Source: a candidate division FCPU426 bacterium (GTDB taxonomy: Bacteria > Oederibacteriota > Muellerivitia > Muellerivitales > Muellerivitaceae). From it: a stretch of DNA of 64,000 nt. The stretch is taken from the NCBI GenBank assembly GCA_963796105.1, contig CAWCKJ010000003.1, positions 64,001-128,000 on the forward strand, written 5' to 3'. The translations under genes and the position numbers were made by a program. A model generated the notes under the pieces. That model searched no databases. It was not told the origin of the DNA and saw only the letters and a program-made list of their open reading frames with translations. This document shows positions 30,501 through 40,002 of the stretch, piece after piece; within the stretch, counting starts at the first letter, position 1, and each line of letters begins with the position of its first letter.

Positions 30501-30937
30501 TGGCCTACGGTCACACGGTCGTGGCCCAGGGGCCCTTGGACGTCAACATTACCAAACAACTTTGCATCCTCATGTCCCAGATGGGCCTGCCGCCCGAGAA
30601 AATCATCATCGACCCCATGGCCAGCGCCGTGGGATACGGGGTGGAATATTCCTATTCCGTCATGGAGCGCATCCGCCAGACCGCGTTGGGCGGCGACCAA
30701 CCCTTGGCCCAACCCATGATCGTGGCAGTAGGCCAGGAATGCTGCAAGATCAAGGAATTCAAGGCTCCTGAGTCAGATTTCCCGGCCTGGGGGGACTTGG
30801 CCAAACGAGCGGCCCAGTGGGAAATCGCTACCGCCATGAGCCTTCTTTATGCCGGTGCGGATTTGCTGGTGGTTTATCATCCCGATACTGTGAAGGCCGT
30901 TAAGAAGGCAATATCTGAATTGACGAAAAAAGAATAA
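27497..30937 (+). CDS. acsB: Acetyl-CoA synthase AcsB fused in frame to CoFeSP small subunit AcsD
   Basis: AcsB part: FPNTAYFLP, SCLLCQSFAPNHVC, LGLCGAYNWLD, MTSCGCFE. After a Pro/Thr/Ala linker, AcsD part: VKLGATKAEGGTR, AMEVFD, DVNITKQL, GYGVEYSYSVMERIR, WE..TA. Confidence 0.92.
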   Translation: MSKIICTSAIEGALQWVAQAEAKLTEAVKSRGESTPVSFPNTAYFLPVLFSFTGEKITTLGDMKRALDRAKKLLPGRPSEHNWLPYLGQALDAGVASLFACEIIEALKYLTGPNPIEGIWLGAANDVILRERGVEFVDGSAPGFAVITGAAPDKETAVSIARSLQEKNLYVFMGGGLNGVQFSDQLAEAGVQLGWETRLVPFGRDVSSLIYALGFANRAALSFGGVKPGDFKANLRYCKNRIFAFVLAFGEVTSEKYAVAAGAINYGCPVIADTDIPQILPTGVCTYEHVVSNVKHADMVETALKVRGCKIKVTKVPIPVSYGPAFEGERIRRQDTHVEFGGNKTPAFEFVTSTGLDDIKDGEIVLIGPDIDQVEPGGLMPLSIWVEAAGRKMQSDFEPILERQIHHMINGAEGVWHMGQRDIIWTRVSKATYAKGFRLKHYGEIIHAKILSAYGSIVDKVKVTLITDADEVKNRLELARKIYDERNRRLEAMTDESVEIFYSCLLCQSFAPNHVCVITPQRLGLCGAYNWLDGKAAYEIDKNGPNQPVAKGECLDKAKGIFKGVDDYVYLNSHKCIPSYALYAIMDKPMTSCGCFEAIVAYVPDLNGVMAVNREYLGETPAGMTFSSLAGNVGGGAQTPGFMGVGKIFLTSPKFLAAEGGHRRIVWMPKTLKELLKPDLERLFKSLGCPELFDQIADETVGSDPKALKAHLEKVKHPALTMTDMSNYIGGSEPEPISTDTIVPVTPASTGKAMELTPEKIMEMIRNTAAEGLKGGASGENAVRNVIQALGAKFLGTSFKAESVPTTPAKAITPVSTAPSVMDVKTFKIPKQKCETPIRIVKLGATKAEGGTRRLSYQIGGATAMPFHSFEGETPHRPLVAMEVFDKVSEKYPKILRDIFGNLLEDPAAMAKACVEKYGADLISVRLDGTHPEKGDRSAAQAVETIKAVLKSVDVPLIVTGHNHFDKVNEVMKAVASACAGENLLLNWTEQNNYKAIAGAALAYGHTVVAQGPLDVNITKQLCILMSQMGLPPEKIIIDPMASAVGYGVEYSYSVMERIRQTALGGDQPLAQPMIVAVGQECCKIKEFKAPESDFPAWGDLAKRAAQWEIATAMSLLYAGADLLVVYHPDTVKAVKKAISELTKKE

Positions 30938-30939
30938 AA

Positions 30940-30979
30940 CTGTGTCTCTGTGCGCCGCCGAAGGCGGCCTGTGGTGAAA
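30940..30979. repeat. Dispersed repeat copy with GAA-loop hairpin
   Basis: CTGTGTCTCTGTGC-GCCGCC GAA GGCGGC-CTGTGGTGAAA. Confidence 0.75.
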
Positions 30980-30996
30980 TCTTTTCGAGGTTTTAA

Positions 30997-32331
30997 ATGG
31001 CTTTGACGGGATTACAAATCAACAAGCTCCTTCCGGGGACGAACTGCAAGGATTGCGGTTCATCCACCTGCCTGGCCTTTGCCATGAAGATGGCGTCCAA
31101 GAAGGCCGAGATCGCCCAATGCCCCCATGCCTCGGAAGAGGCCAAGAAGACCCTGGGCGCGGCCTCGGAGCCGCCGGTTAAGTCGCTCGCCGCGGGTGCG
31201 AACGGGGAAGTGAAACTGGGTGGGGAAACAGTGCTATACCGGCACGAAAAGACATTTGTGAGCCCCACCTCCCTGGCCGTGAACCTGGACGCTTCCGAGA
31301 ATACCGCATCCCTGGACCGTAAACTCATTCAATTAAGGGATTACAAGCTTGATCGGGTGGGTGAAACTTTCCGCTTGGATATGGTGGGAATAACACAGGG
31401 AAAAGCCACTTCAGAAGCCTTTATAACCCTTGTCCGCAAAGCCTGGGAAATAACAAAGAAGCCCCTAGCGATTAAGAGTTCCGATCCTGGCGCAATGGCA
31501 AAGGCCGCCGAGGCAGTCAAGGGTTCTCGAAGCATCCTGGCTTCGGCATCTGCCGATAAAGTGGAAATGATGGTAAAGGCCGCGTCGGAGAACGGGCATC
31601 TCCTTGCTGTGACCGGCCCGGATTTGGATTCCATCGCGGCTTTAACCGCGAAGATTAAAGCCGGCGGGTTTAATGACCTTCTCTTGGAATTTCCTCACAA
31701 CGGTTTGCGGGATGAATTTCTGATGAATAGTATTTCCAGGCGTTCGGCCCTATTGGGGGATGTCAAACCCATGGGTTATCCTTTCTTGCGGTTCCTGTCC
31801 GGCGACCTGGCTGAAACTACCGTGGCGGCTGTCACCGAAATCGCCAAGTACGGTGGGATCGTGGTCCTGCCGGAATTCGACCCGGCCCAGCTATCGACCT
31901 TGATGACCTTGCGTTTGAACATCTTTACCGACCCTCAAAAACCCATCCAGGTCGAGCCCAAGGTCTATCCCATCGGCGAACCCAAGCGGAACTCGCCTGT
32001 GTTCGTCACCACGAACTTTTCGCTTACTTACTTCATTGTGTCGGGAGAAATCGAGAACGCTGGTATCTCAGCCTGGCTCGCCGTGCCGGAATGCGAGGGC
32101 ATGAGCGTGCTTACGGCCTGGGCCGCGGGGAAGTTCAACGGGACCCGTATTGCCCAGTTCGTCAAGGAAACAGGCTTCGAGGCCCAAGTGGACACCAGGC
32201 AAATCGTTATTCCGGGTTACGTTTCCACGATCTCGGGCGAGCTTGAGGAAAACCTGCCCGGTTGGAAAGCCTTGGTGGGGCCCCAGGAAGCCGGCGACAT
32301 CGAAAGCTTCGTTAAATCTCGGTTACATTAA
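30997..32331 (+). CDS. acsC: Corrinoid iron-sulfur protein large subunit AcsC (gamma)
   Basis: LPGTNCKDCGSSTCLAFAM...CP, GGETVLYRHEKTF, IFTDPQKP, TTNFSLTY, SVLTAWAAGKF. Confidence 0.95.
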   Translation: MALTGLQINKLLPGTNCKDCGSSTCLAFAMKMASKKAEIAQCPHASEEAKKTLGAASEPPVKSLAAGANGEVKLGGETVLYRHEKTFVSPTSLAVNLDASENTASLDRKLIQLRDYKLDRVGETFRLDMVGITQGKATSEAFITLVRKAWEITKKPLAIKSSDPGAMAKAAEAVKGSRSILASASADKVEMMVKAASENGHLLAVTGPDLDSIAALTAKIKAGGFNDLLLEFPHNGLRDEFLMNSISRRSALLGDVKPMGYPFLRFLSGDLAETTVAAVTEIAKYGGIVVLPEFDPAQLSTLMTLRLNIFTDPQKPIQVEPKVYPIGEPKRNSPVFVTTNFSLTYFIVSGEIENAGISAWLAVPECEGMSVLTAWAAGKFNGTRIAQFVKETGFEAQVDTRQIVIPGYVSTISGELEENLPGWKALVGPQEAGDIESFVKSRLH

Positions 32332-32348
32332 TAGACGAAAAAACTGAA

Positions 32349-32570
32349 TTCACCACAGGTTCCTTCGGAACCGCAGAGGCACAGTAAAAACTCTAAAAGC
32401 AAAATCTTTAGATTTTGATATTAAGTAGTAATGAGATTTGCTTTATAGAACGATTATTTTGCGTCTTGGAATCAGCGTTGAAATATTCGTTCTTTAAATT
32501 ATTCGTTGGTTAAAATGGCGAAATTGTAAACTGTGCTCTCTGTGGCCGCCATAGGCGGCCCGTGGTGAAA
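32349..32570. repeat. Inverted pair of dispersed repeat around an AT-rich spacer
   Basis: TTCACCACA-GGTTCC TTC GGAACC-GCAGAGGCACAG (32349-32384) and CTGTGCTCTCTGT-GGCCGCC ATA GGCGGCC-CGTGGTGAAA (32531-32570). Confidence 0.75.
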
Positions 32571-32578
32571 GGCTTTTT

Positions 32579-34234
32579 ATGCCGAAGGTCACTTTCTTTC
32601 CTGGCGGGCAGACCGCTGACGTGCCCGTGGGCGCCACGATCATTGACGCGGCGAGGCTTTCCGAGGCGACGGTGGAAGCTCCCTGCGGGGGGCGGGGGAC
32701 CTGCGGCGGATGCCTGGTCCGCCTGGTTTCGGGTTCCGTGGACCAATCCCTTGCCCCGTCGCTACCGGCCTATACCCTTGAGGAAGGCTATGTTTTAGCC
32801 TGTCATTCCAAGGTCAAGGACCAGGATGTCACTGTTTACGTTCCGGAATTCCATGCCCTAGAGGGAGGGCCCATCCCATCCTCCTCCGACGACGCGGGAC
32901 TCATTGAGGATGGTCTCTTTCCAAACGACATGAAACCCTTGGGTGCGGGTGAGTATGGTGTGGCCATGGATTTGGGCACTACCACCGCCGCGGTGAAACT
33001 TATCCGCCTCAAGGACGGCAAAACTCTTTCTTCTTTTGTGGATTACAACTCTCAGGTCAAATGCGGTTCAGACGTGATTTCCCGTATGGAATATGGGCGG
33101 AAACCTGGAGGCCTGCGGGAGTTGAATCGCCGGGCGCTCAATACCCTGAACAAGCTGATCCAATCAGCGGCCAAACAGGCGGAAATCCCCACGAGTGAAA
33201 TATCCTCGGCGGTTGTAGCGGGAAATCCCACCATGATTCATATGCTTTTAGGAAAAGACCCCAACTATCTCAGGCAGGATGTTGAACCTATTGAAATCGC
33301 CAATTTGCAATTAACCGCGGGTGAGATCGGATTTTCCATCGCTCCGGAAGCGCCTGTTTATTTACCCCCGGCCGTGGGGAACTACGTGGGAGGCGATGTC
33401 ACAGCGGGAATGCTTTGTACCCAATTATCCCAACCTTCGGGCAAATTAAGATTGTTAATTGATATCGGAACCAACGGGGAAATCGTGATCGGGGACGGCG
33501 GGTTTTTCATGTCCTGCGCCTGCTCAGCTGGGCCTGCCTTCGAGGGCGGGGGATTGACCCACGGCATGAGGGCCGCTCCGGGGGCCGTGGACAAGGTCGA
33601 GGTGGATTCCAAGACGGGAAAGGCAACCTTCACCACCATTGGGAACGAAAAATCCCGCGGGATATGCGGTTCGGGGGTATTGACCCTTCTGGCTGAGCTT
33701 TATCAAAAAGGTCTGTTGGACTCCGGCGGAAAGTTCAACCTGGAATTGAATTCGCCATACATCAAGACCGTGGGCCGCAGGGCGAAATACATAATCGCGC
33801 CGGAATCAGAAACAACTTTAGGCGAGGATTTGACTCTCAGTGAGGTGGACATTGAAAGTGTCTTAAGGGCCAAGGCGGCGGTTTATGCGGCTTGTTCTCT
33901 TCTACTTGCGAGAATCGGTGCATCTTTTAATGATTTGGACCGCATCTATATCGCGGGTGGTTTCGGCCGGACGCTTGATTTCGAGAAGGCCGTCACCCTA
34001 GGTCTCCTACCGGATGTCTCGCGCGACAAGTTCCGTTATATCGGCAATTCGTCCCTGACTGGGGCCTCGATGGCATTAGTTTCGGAATCGTCCCGAAATA
34101 AACTACAGGAACTCCTACCCCTGATACAGTATTTGGACTTGAGCAACGAATGCCATTATTACGAGCATTACACTGCCGCACTTTTCATTCCTCACACGGA
34201 TCTGCGTCTATTCCCCTCTGTTAAACGGCATTAA
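32579..34234 (+). CDS. acsV: Reductive activator of corrinoid proteins (RACo/AcsV; 2Fe-2S plus ASKHA ATPase)
   Basis: CGGRGTCGGC...LACH, DLGTTT, GSDVISR, AGNPTM, YVGGD, DIGTNGE, AGPAFEG, GICGSG, IAGGFG, IGNSSL. Confidence 0.9.
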   Translation: MPKVTFFPGGQTADVPVGATIIDAARLSEATVEAPCGGRGTCGGCLVRLVSGSVDQSLAPSLPAYTLEEGYVLACHSKVKDQDVTVYVPEFHALEGGPIPSSSDDAGLIEDGLFPNDMKPLGAGEYGVAMDLGTTTAAVKLIRLKDGKTLSSFVDYNSQVKCGSDVISRMEYGRKPGGLRELNRRALNTLNKLIQSAAKQAEIPTSEISSAVVAGNPTMIHMLLGKDPNYLRQDVEPIEIANLQLTAGEIGFSIAPEAPVYLPPAVGNYVGGDVTAGMLCTQLSQPSGKLRLLIDIGTNGEIVIGDGGFFMSCACSAGPAFEGGGLTHGMRAAPGAVDKVEVDSKTGKATFTTIGNEKSRGICGSGVLTLLAELYQKGLLDSGGKFNLELNSPYIKTVGRRAKYIIAPESETTLGEDLTLSEVDIESVLRAKAAVYAACSLLLARIGASFNDLDRIYIAGGFGRTLDFEKAVTLGLLPDVSRDKFRYIGNSSLTGASMALVSESSRNKLQELLPLIQYLDLSNECHYYEHYTAALFIPHTDLRLFPSVKRH

Positions 34235-34378
34235 CGAATATTTGAAAACCTTGTTGAAGCAATTTGAAGACCCTAAAAATGGCTCAAATTTTTCAATTAA
34301 ATGGTGGTATATTCTTTTTGGCAGAATTAACCCGCTCAGAATGATTTATAAAAGATAGGTTATTTTTCAAGGAGCTGT

Positions 34379-37300
34379 ATGAAATTGGCCGAGCGTTTCA
34401 AAACCCTTCCGAAATTTTCATTCATAACAACGTTCTTTTTGTTCCTTCTTTTTGGACCATCGCTAACAAACGCCGCTCCTGTCCGCGGTATGACAGGCGA
34501 TCTTTGGGCTGATCTTGTGATAGGACAACCTGATTTCGGCGAGCTGAAGCCCAACGAAGCCACCAGCCAGCAAGTGTTTATCCCCGACGGTGTCTATGTG
34601 GACCGTGTCTCCAACCCGCAGAGATTATATGTGTATGATTCCGGCAACAACCGGATACTTGGTTTCAGCGACATCAATCGCGCCCTTTTCCAGGATTATC
34701 CGGCCAACACGAGCCTCTGCCTGGGATCCAACCAGAGCGCCACTCCGTTAGGCGCGGATATCGTTCTGGGCCAACCGGATTTCACCCATACCTCCTGCAA
34801 CGGGGACTCGAATTTCCAGAACTATCCCGTGCCCAACCAGCCCAACGCCTCCTGCTTTTGCACCAGCAGCGTGGAGGGTCTTTCCCCCCTGGAAGGGGGC
34901 GTGGGCGCGAATATGGCGGTGGATAGCCAGGGCAATCTCTATGTTCCGGATTACATCAACAACCGGGTTTTAAGATATAACGCGCCGATCACCAGCACGG
35001 AGCCAGCTTCTTATGTCTGGGGACAAGGTAACAACCTTTCCAATTTCACGAGCGGTTATAACCAATGCGGCTCACCCACCTCCACCAGCTTTTGTTTTAG
35101 TTCCTCCAATGCCCGTGTGGCGGGGGTAGCGGTGGATTCCCAGGGAAACCTCTGGGTGGCGGACGCTGGCAACAACCGGGTTTTGAGGTTCCCGTCAGTG
35201 GGCGGCGTGCCTCAGGCAAACGCCGACCTGGTGCTGGGTCAAACCGACATGAATTCCAACACCCCGGCTTCCAGCCTGAGCGACTCGAGCCATATGACCG
35301 ATCCCATCGCGGTTCGGGTAGACGCTTCCGGGAACGTTTTTGTGGCGGATGATCCCCCCAATCCGAATCCTAATGTCTGCCTTTTTCACGGAAGAATCCT
35401 GGTTTATAAGGCCCCTGTAATATCCGGAATGGCGCCAAGCGGACTTTTAACCGACTACCTGTCCTGGACCATGGGAATGGAATTCGACCCCCTCTCAGGC
35501 GGTCTCTGGGTAAGCGATTTTTGCAACCATCAGATCATTCTTTTCAATGTCAACTTGACGGCCAATCCCATCACATTCCAGCCCGTGAAGGTTCTGCTAA
35601 GGGATCGCCCCTCCCTCACGGGATCGGATGCCCTGCCCACCTCCGGGGACGGGCCCAATTTCATATACAAAGACGGCGGCACAATTGCCTCATACAATGT
35701 GGACCGGGCCTGGGGAGGAATCGGGCTGGACCAAGCTGGTAATGTTTACGTGAGCGGGGTAACGCCGATGCAGGATGTCTGGCGCTTTCCAGTTCCCATT
35801 CCCACTATCCCGCCCGCTTCCACCGGCGTCGCGCGTTCGGCGGACGTCGCGGTTTTCAAACCAGCGCAAGCCTCCATGGACAATAAAATTGGCCTCCGGG
35901 GTTTGGAGGGAATCGATGGGATCGGCGTGGCCGCGACCGGGAGCCAGCTTATTGTCTCGGATGAATGGCACTTGAGGTACTGGAACATGCCCACTGGTCC
36001 CACAGGCCTTACCAACGGCCAGCCCTGCGATGGTTTTGCCGGAACGACCAGTTCCCAGTATTTTTATGACATTTATCCGACCTATGGACGCATCCGGGAG
36101 GACCAAGCCGCGCCCCAACAGCACCTATGGCAAGTACGAAATAACTCGTCGAACGCCGCATTCCTCCAGGTTTACAACCTGCCCTTGACGCCATGGGAAT
36201 CCGCGGTCCAGACGCTCACATCGCCCATTTCCGTCTTGGGAGTGGGGACTTTGAACTGGGGGGCTGTCATGGGATTCAACCCGGATCCGGATGGCACCCA
36301 CCTTTGGTTGACTGATACGGCCAACAACCGGGTATTGCGGGTACGAAACCCACTGACCAACCCGGTGGTGGATATCATCCTGGGGCAAACGGGTCTTGGG
36401 GGGACGGCCTGCAACCAGGGGTTATCGAATCCCACTGCATCCACTCTTTGCCTGCCAGGGGCGGTGAGGTTGGATCACCATGGAAACCTGTATGTGGCCG
36501 ACCATACCTTGGAGGCCAGCGGGAACTTCCGGACCTTGCGCTGGAACGCCAGCCAAATACCGGCGGCGCCATCGGCCTGTGTTTTCGGCATCGCGGCCAC
36601 GGCTGTTTACGGAATGGGAGGGAGTTTCACGACCACCTCCTGCAACAACTCTGTCGGGGAATGCGGTCCTTGGGAGCCCAGCTTTACTTCTGACGATAGT
36701 TATATGGTGATGGGAATGAATGGTTATATCGGCTCGCGGTTTCCTTTAGTTTTATCGACTCCTGAAAATGGGGATGACCCTGTTGCCCACTTAAACGATT
36801 ACGGTTCCATGTATTTCTCTTCCACCTTCGATCCCCAAGACAATCTCTACATCGCGGACCTGGACCGGGGAAGGGTTCTCATATATTTGAAACCCTTCGG
36901 GACGCCGGGCCCGAGTTTTACCCCAACTATTTCACCGACCTTAACCATTAGCCCCACCTTCACGCCTACCGGAAGCCATACCTATACCCCGACCTTGAGC
37001 CCGACGATCACCTGGACTCCCGTGCCCAACTGCTGTGTGGCGGCGGGCAATTGGACCAGTCCCACCTTGACTCAGGCGACGGGCGTCGCGGTTGACATGA
37101 GCCGGGACCGGGTTTACATCGTGGACCGGGGCACGGGGACCCTATACGCCTATAATTACAACGGTTCACCCATAACATCCTTTGGGACGAATGGCGCGGT
37201 AACAGGTCTGCAGGCTTTTATCGTGGCGGTGGGGACCTGCGCTTATGACGGCGTTTATATTGTCCAAAGGAGCACCGCAGGCGACGTCATCAAGTTGGAC

Positions 37301-38620
37301 GTGAATGGGAACACGGTTTGGACCAGTCCGTCCACGGGCGGCGGGGGGAATCGAAGCATCAATGTTGACGCTTCCGGTACGGTTTACGTGTGCGCGGATA
37401 ATGGTTCTATTTTCCTGATGGACAACTCAGGAACATTGCGGAATACCCTAACGGGCTATGGATTCAACGTGCCGACAGGCACCTTGAAAGTGGGCTCGAC
37501 GCTTTACGTGGATGACACATCCAACAACCGGATCGTGAGCCTGCCCCAGACTGGAGCTTATACCTATGGAACCGCGAGCGTGGTGGCGACCCTTACGAGC
37601 CCCTACGTTTTGACCTCGGACCTGGCGGGAAATTTCTACGCGGCTTGCAGCAATACCAATAGTTACAGCATCTACAACAGCGGGTGGGTTTTCCAGCAGG
37701 CCTGTACCAATAGCTCTCTCTTTTCAGGGGCTTTCGGGATCGCGGTGGATGAAACGGGCGCTATTTATGTGGCGGGACAAGGCTCAACATCCGTGGCGAA
37801 AATGCAGACTTGCATCAATCAACCGCCACAACCCACTTGCCCTCCGAGCGCGACCCCGACCGGCACCTTGAGCCCCTCTGTGACACCGACTCTCACGAAT
37901 ACCCCGACGTTGACCAATACGCCGTCTCCTTCGCCGACAAATACCTTCACTCAAACCCCGACATGGACCCCAAGCTTTACCGCGGCAAACACACCCACCA
38001 ATACACCAACACCGACTTATACCCCGACGTTTACGCTCTCCGGCACTCCTACGGATACCCCCACTATCACGAACAGCCCCACGCCCTGGCCGACGGGCGT
38101 TCCCACCTTTACCACCACTGATACTCCGGCGAATACCATGACGGGAACCTCAACATTTACGCCAACGATCACGCCGACGCCTTCTTATACGGACACTCCG
38201 TCGCCCACTGGAACTCCTACACCTTCGCCGACGGTCACGCCTACTTGGACGCCCACTGACATTCCGACTGACACTCCTGTCCCCACGAGCACATCTACCT
38301 CAACAGAGACGTCGTCACCCACGTCCACCTTCACGCCGACCCCCACTTGCGGGATCAGCCTGCTTTATCCCAATCCCGTTCGGGATGGCCATGGGGTTTC
38401 CTTCAATTACTCGTTTGATCGGCAGGAGCCTTTGGATGTGAAGGTCTTCACAGTGGCCTTCAGGAAGGTGTTTGACTCAAGCCAATTCGTCAAGGGGGCG
38501 GGAACCATCTCCTGGAACCTGACTGATAATGGGGGCAAACACCTGGCCAACGGTCTGTATTATGTCGTGATTCAAACGGATCAAGAACGATTCATACGAA
38601 AACTGCTTATCGTCCGCTGA
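34379..38620 (+). CDS. Large secreted NHL/beta-propeller protein with Thr/Pro-rich linkers and C-terminal FlgD-Ig/T9SS-CTD-like domain
   Basis: Signal peptide; [10 protein letters not shown] and [12 protein letters not shown] repeats; (TPT)n tracts; C-terminus LYPNPV...VFTVAFRKV...[16 protein letters not shown]...KLLIVR. Confidence 0.8.
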   Translation: MKLAERFKTLPKFSFITTFFLFLLFGPSLTNAAPVRGMTGDLWADLVIGQPDFGELKPNEATSQQVFIPDGVYVDRVSNPQRLYVYDSGNNRILGFSDINRALFQDYPANTSLCLGSNQSATPLGADIVLGQPDFTHTSCNGDSNFQNYPVPNQPNASCFCTSSVEGLSPLEGGVGANMAVDSQGNLYVPDYINNRVLRYNAPITSTEPASYVWGQGNNLSNFTSGYNQCGSPTSTSFCFSSSNARVAGVAVDSQGNLWVADAGNNRVLRFPSVGGVPQANADLVLGQTDMNSNTPASSLSDSSHMTDPIAVRVDASGNVFVADDPPNPNPNVCLFHGRILVYKAPVISGMAPSGLLTDYLSWTMGMEFDPLSGGLWVSDFCNHQIILFNVNLTANPITFQPVKVLLRDRPSLTGSDALPTSGDGPNFIYKDGGTIASYNVDRAWGGIGLDQAGNVYVSGVTPMQDVWRFPVPIPTIPPASTGVARSADVAVFKPAQASMDNKIGLRGLEGIDGIGVAATGSQLIVSDEWHLRYWNMPTGPTGLTNGQPCDGFAGTTSSQYFYDIYPTYGRIREDQAAPQQHLWQVRNNSSNAAFLQVYNLPLTPWESAVQTLTSPISVLGVGTLNWGAVMGFNPDPDGTHLWLTDTANNRVLRVRNPLTNPVVDIILGQTGLGGTACNQGLSNPTASTLCLPGAVRLDHHGNLYVADHTLEASGNFRTLRWNASQIPAAPSACVFGIAATAVYGMGGSFTTTSCNNSVGECGPWEPSFTSDDSYMVMGMNGYIGSRFPLVLSTPENGDDPVAHLNDYGSMYFSSTFDPQDNLYIADLDRGRVLIYLKPFGTPGPSFTPTISPTLTISPTFTPTGSHTYTPTLSPTITWTPVPNCCVAAGNWTSPTLTQATGVAVDMSRDRVYIVDRGTGTLYAYNYNGSPITSFGTNGAVTGLQAFIVAVGTCAYDGVYIVQRSTAGDVIKLDVNGNTVWTSPSTGGGGNRSINVDASGTVYVCADNGSIFLMDNSGTLRNTLTGYGFNVPTGTLKVGSTLYVDDTSNNRIVSLPQTGAYTYGTASVVATLTSPYVLTSDLAGNFYAACSNTNSYSIYNSGWVFQQACTNSSLFSGAFGIAVDETGAIYVAGQGSTSVAKMQTCINQPPQPTCPPSATPTGTLSPSVTPTLTNTPTLTNTPSPSPTNTFTQTPTWTPSFTAANTPTNTPTPTYTPTFTLSGTPTDTPTITNSPTPWPTGVPTFTTTDTPANTMTGTSTFTPTITPTPSYTDTPSPTGTPTPSPTVTPTWTPTDIPTDTPVPTSTSTSTETSSPTSTFTPTPTCGISLLYPNPVRDGHGVSFNYSFDRQEPLDVKVFTVAFRKVFDSSQFVKGAGTISWNLTDNGGKHLANGLYYVVIQTDQERFIRKLLIVR

Positions 38621-38684
38621 AGGCTTTTTTCCTACGGTTAATGAATACATTGTCCGAAAAACCTGGTAATGCTAAAATTCAACC

Positions 38685-39881
38685 ATGTTTTCGCGACTTC
38701 ATTTATCCATCGCCTTCGCGGTATTAATGGCGTGCTTCGGGGTTTCGGCCCCGGCTGGCGCGCAATATAGCGGTTCCCAGTTCAGCCTCAGCCTGGACGG
38801 GATGTTCCAGTGCGTGGTTCCTCCCTCACCCTATTCCGCGAACGGCCAGACTTACGGCATCGGCGCCGGCGGCAATGCCTTTTTCGACTGGCGCCCCTTT
38901 CAATTCATCTCCATCGGAATCGGCGGCCAATATACCTATTTCACCGGTAACAGCCCCTTCAAGTTCAGCAATGCCAATGTCGGGGGGCGTCTTTTCCCGT
39001 TCGGCACGAGCCCCGCCGGTGAGTTTTACCTTCAGGGCGGGTATGGGAAAAACCTGTTGACCCAGTCCCTGGACGGAGTGTTCCCGGGGGATTATCACGG
39101 TTACGGCTGTATTGGATATAGGTCCTTTATTTCTCCCAGCGCCGCCATGGACCTAGGTCTGCAATACGACTATGACCCTCCCTATACCGCCCCTCTCCAG
39201 GCGGCCAGTTTCAAGGTGGGATTGACCTTTCTTTTTGGAAGGACGGATTGGCGCTCGGCTAAGCCTATCACCGCACTGAAACAAAACACCGTTGAGGATG
39301 ATCTCTGGAAAAAGTCCTCGACCTACGCCTGGCAGGCGGGGGACAACCTCAGGTCGGTCTCTCAAAAACTTTATGGGGACCCGGCTTTGTACCCCTTGAT
39401 CGTGGATGCCAACAAAACCGCGACGGCCCATCCGGACCAGATCAAACCCGGAACCCTGCTGACGATTTCCTCAAAACCTTCGGGTTCTGAGGATGTCACG
39501 GCTTTGCGGTCGAAATCCGAAAAGCAGGTGGATTACGTCAAACTGGCGAAGATCAGCGAACTTCCCATGATCCGCAGGCTGGCAAGATGGAACGGCGCCA
39601 GCACCTACAATTGGAAAAAAGGGGATACCCTCCAAAAGGTCGCCAAAAAACTTTACGGAAACGAGGACCTTTATCCATTGCTGGTGGACGCAAACCAGAA
39701 ACATTTGATCCTTCCGGCCAATCTGGTTCCGGGAACCCGGATCAAGGTGCCGAAACCGAATTCGGAGGAACTTGATAAAATCCAAGTGAAGGGTTGGTCG
39801 TTCGATCCCTATATTTTTTGGAGGAATGTCACCGCGAATCAAGCGGAACATATGCCGATCAAGCAACATTCCTTCCATTGA
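38685..39881 (+). CDS. Outer-membrane beta-barrel-like protein with two C-terminal LysM-like domains
   Basis: Signal peptide, amphipathic strands ending GLTFLFG; two repeats YxWxxGDxLxxVxxKLYG...LYPL.VDAN...PGT. Confidence 0.7.
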   Translation: MFSRLHLSIAFAVLMACFGVSAPAGAQYSGSQFSLSLDGMFQCVVPPSPYSANGQTYGIGAGGNAFFDWRPFQFISIGIGGQYTYFTGNSPFKFSNANVGGRLFPFGTSPAGEFYLQGGYGKNLLTQSLDGVFPGDYHGYGCIGYRSFISPSAAMDLGLQYDYDPPYTAPLQAASFKVGLTFLFGRTDWRSAKPITALKQNTVEDDLWKKSSTYAWQAGDNLRSVSQKLYGDPALYPLIVDANKTATAHPDQIKPGTLLTISSKPSGSEDVTALRSKSEKQVDYVKLAKISELPMIRRLARWNGASTYNWKKGDTLQKVAKKLYGNEDLYPLLVDANQKHLILPANLVPGTRIKVPKPNSEELDKIQVKGWSFDPYIFWRNVTANQAEHMPIKQHSFH

Positions 39882-40002
39882 TTTTTTTCCCATTTGAACC
39901 TTTTAAGACGACCCGCGAATGGTTTGGATTTAACCTGGGATTCGTAGAAATTTCTTGTTGCGGAAGCGTTGGAATTATCCCTGTTTCAAATAAGGATGAA
40001 GA

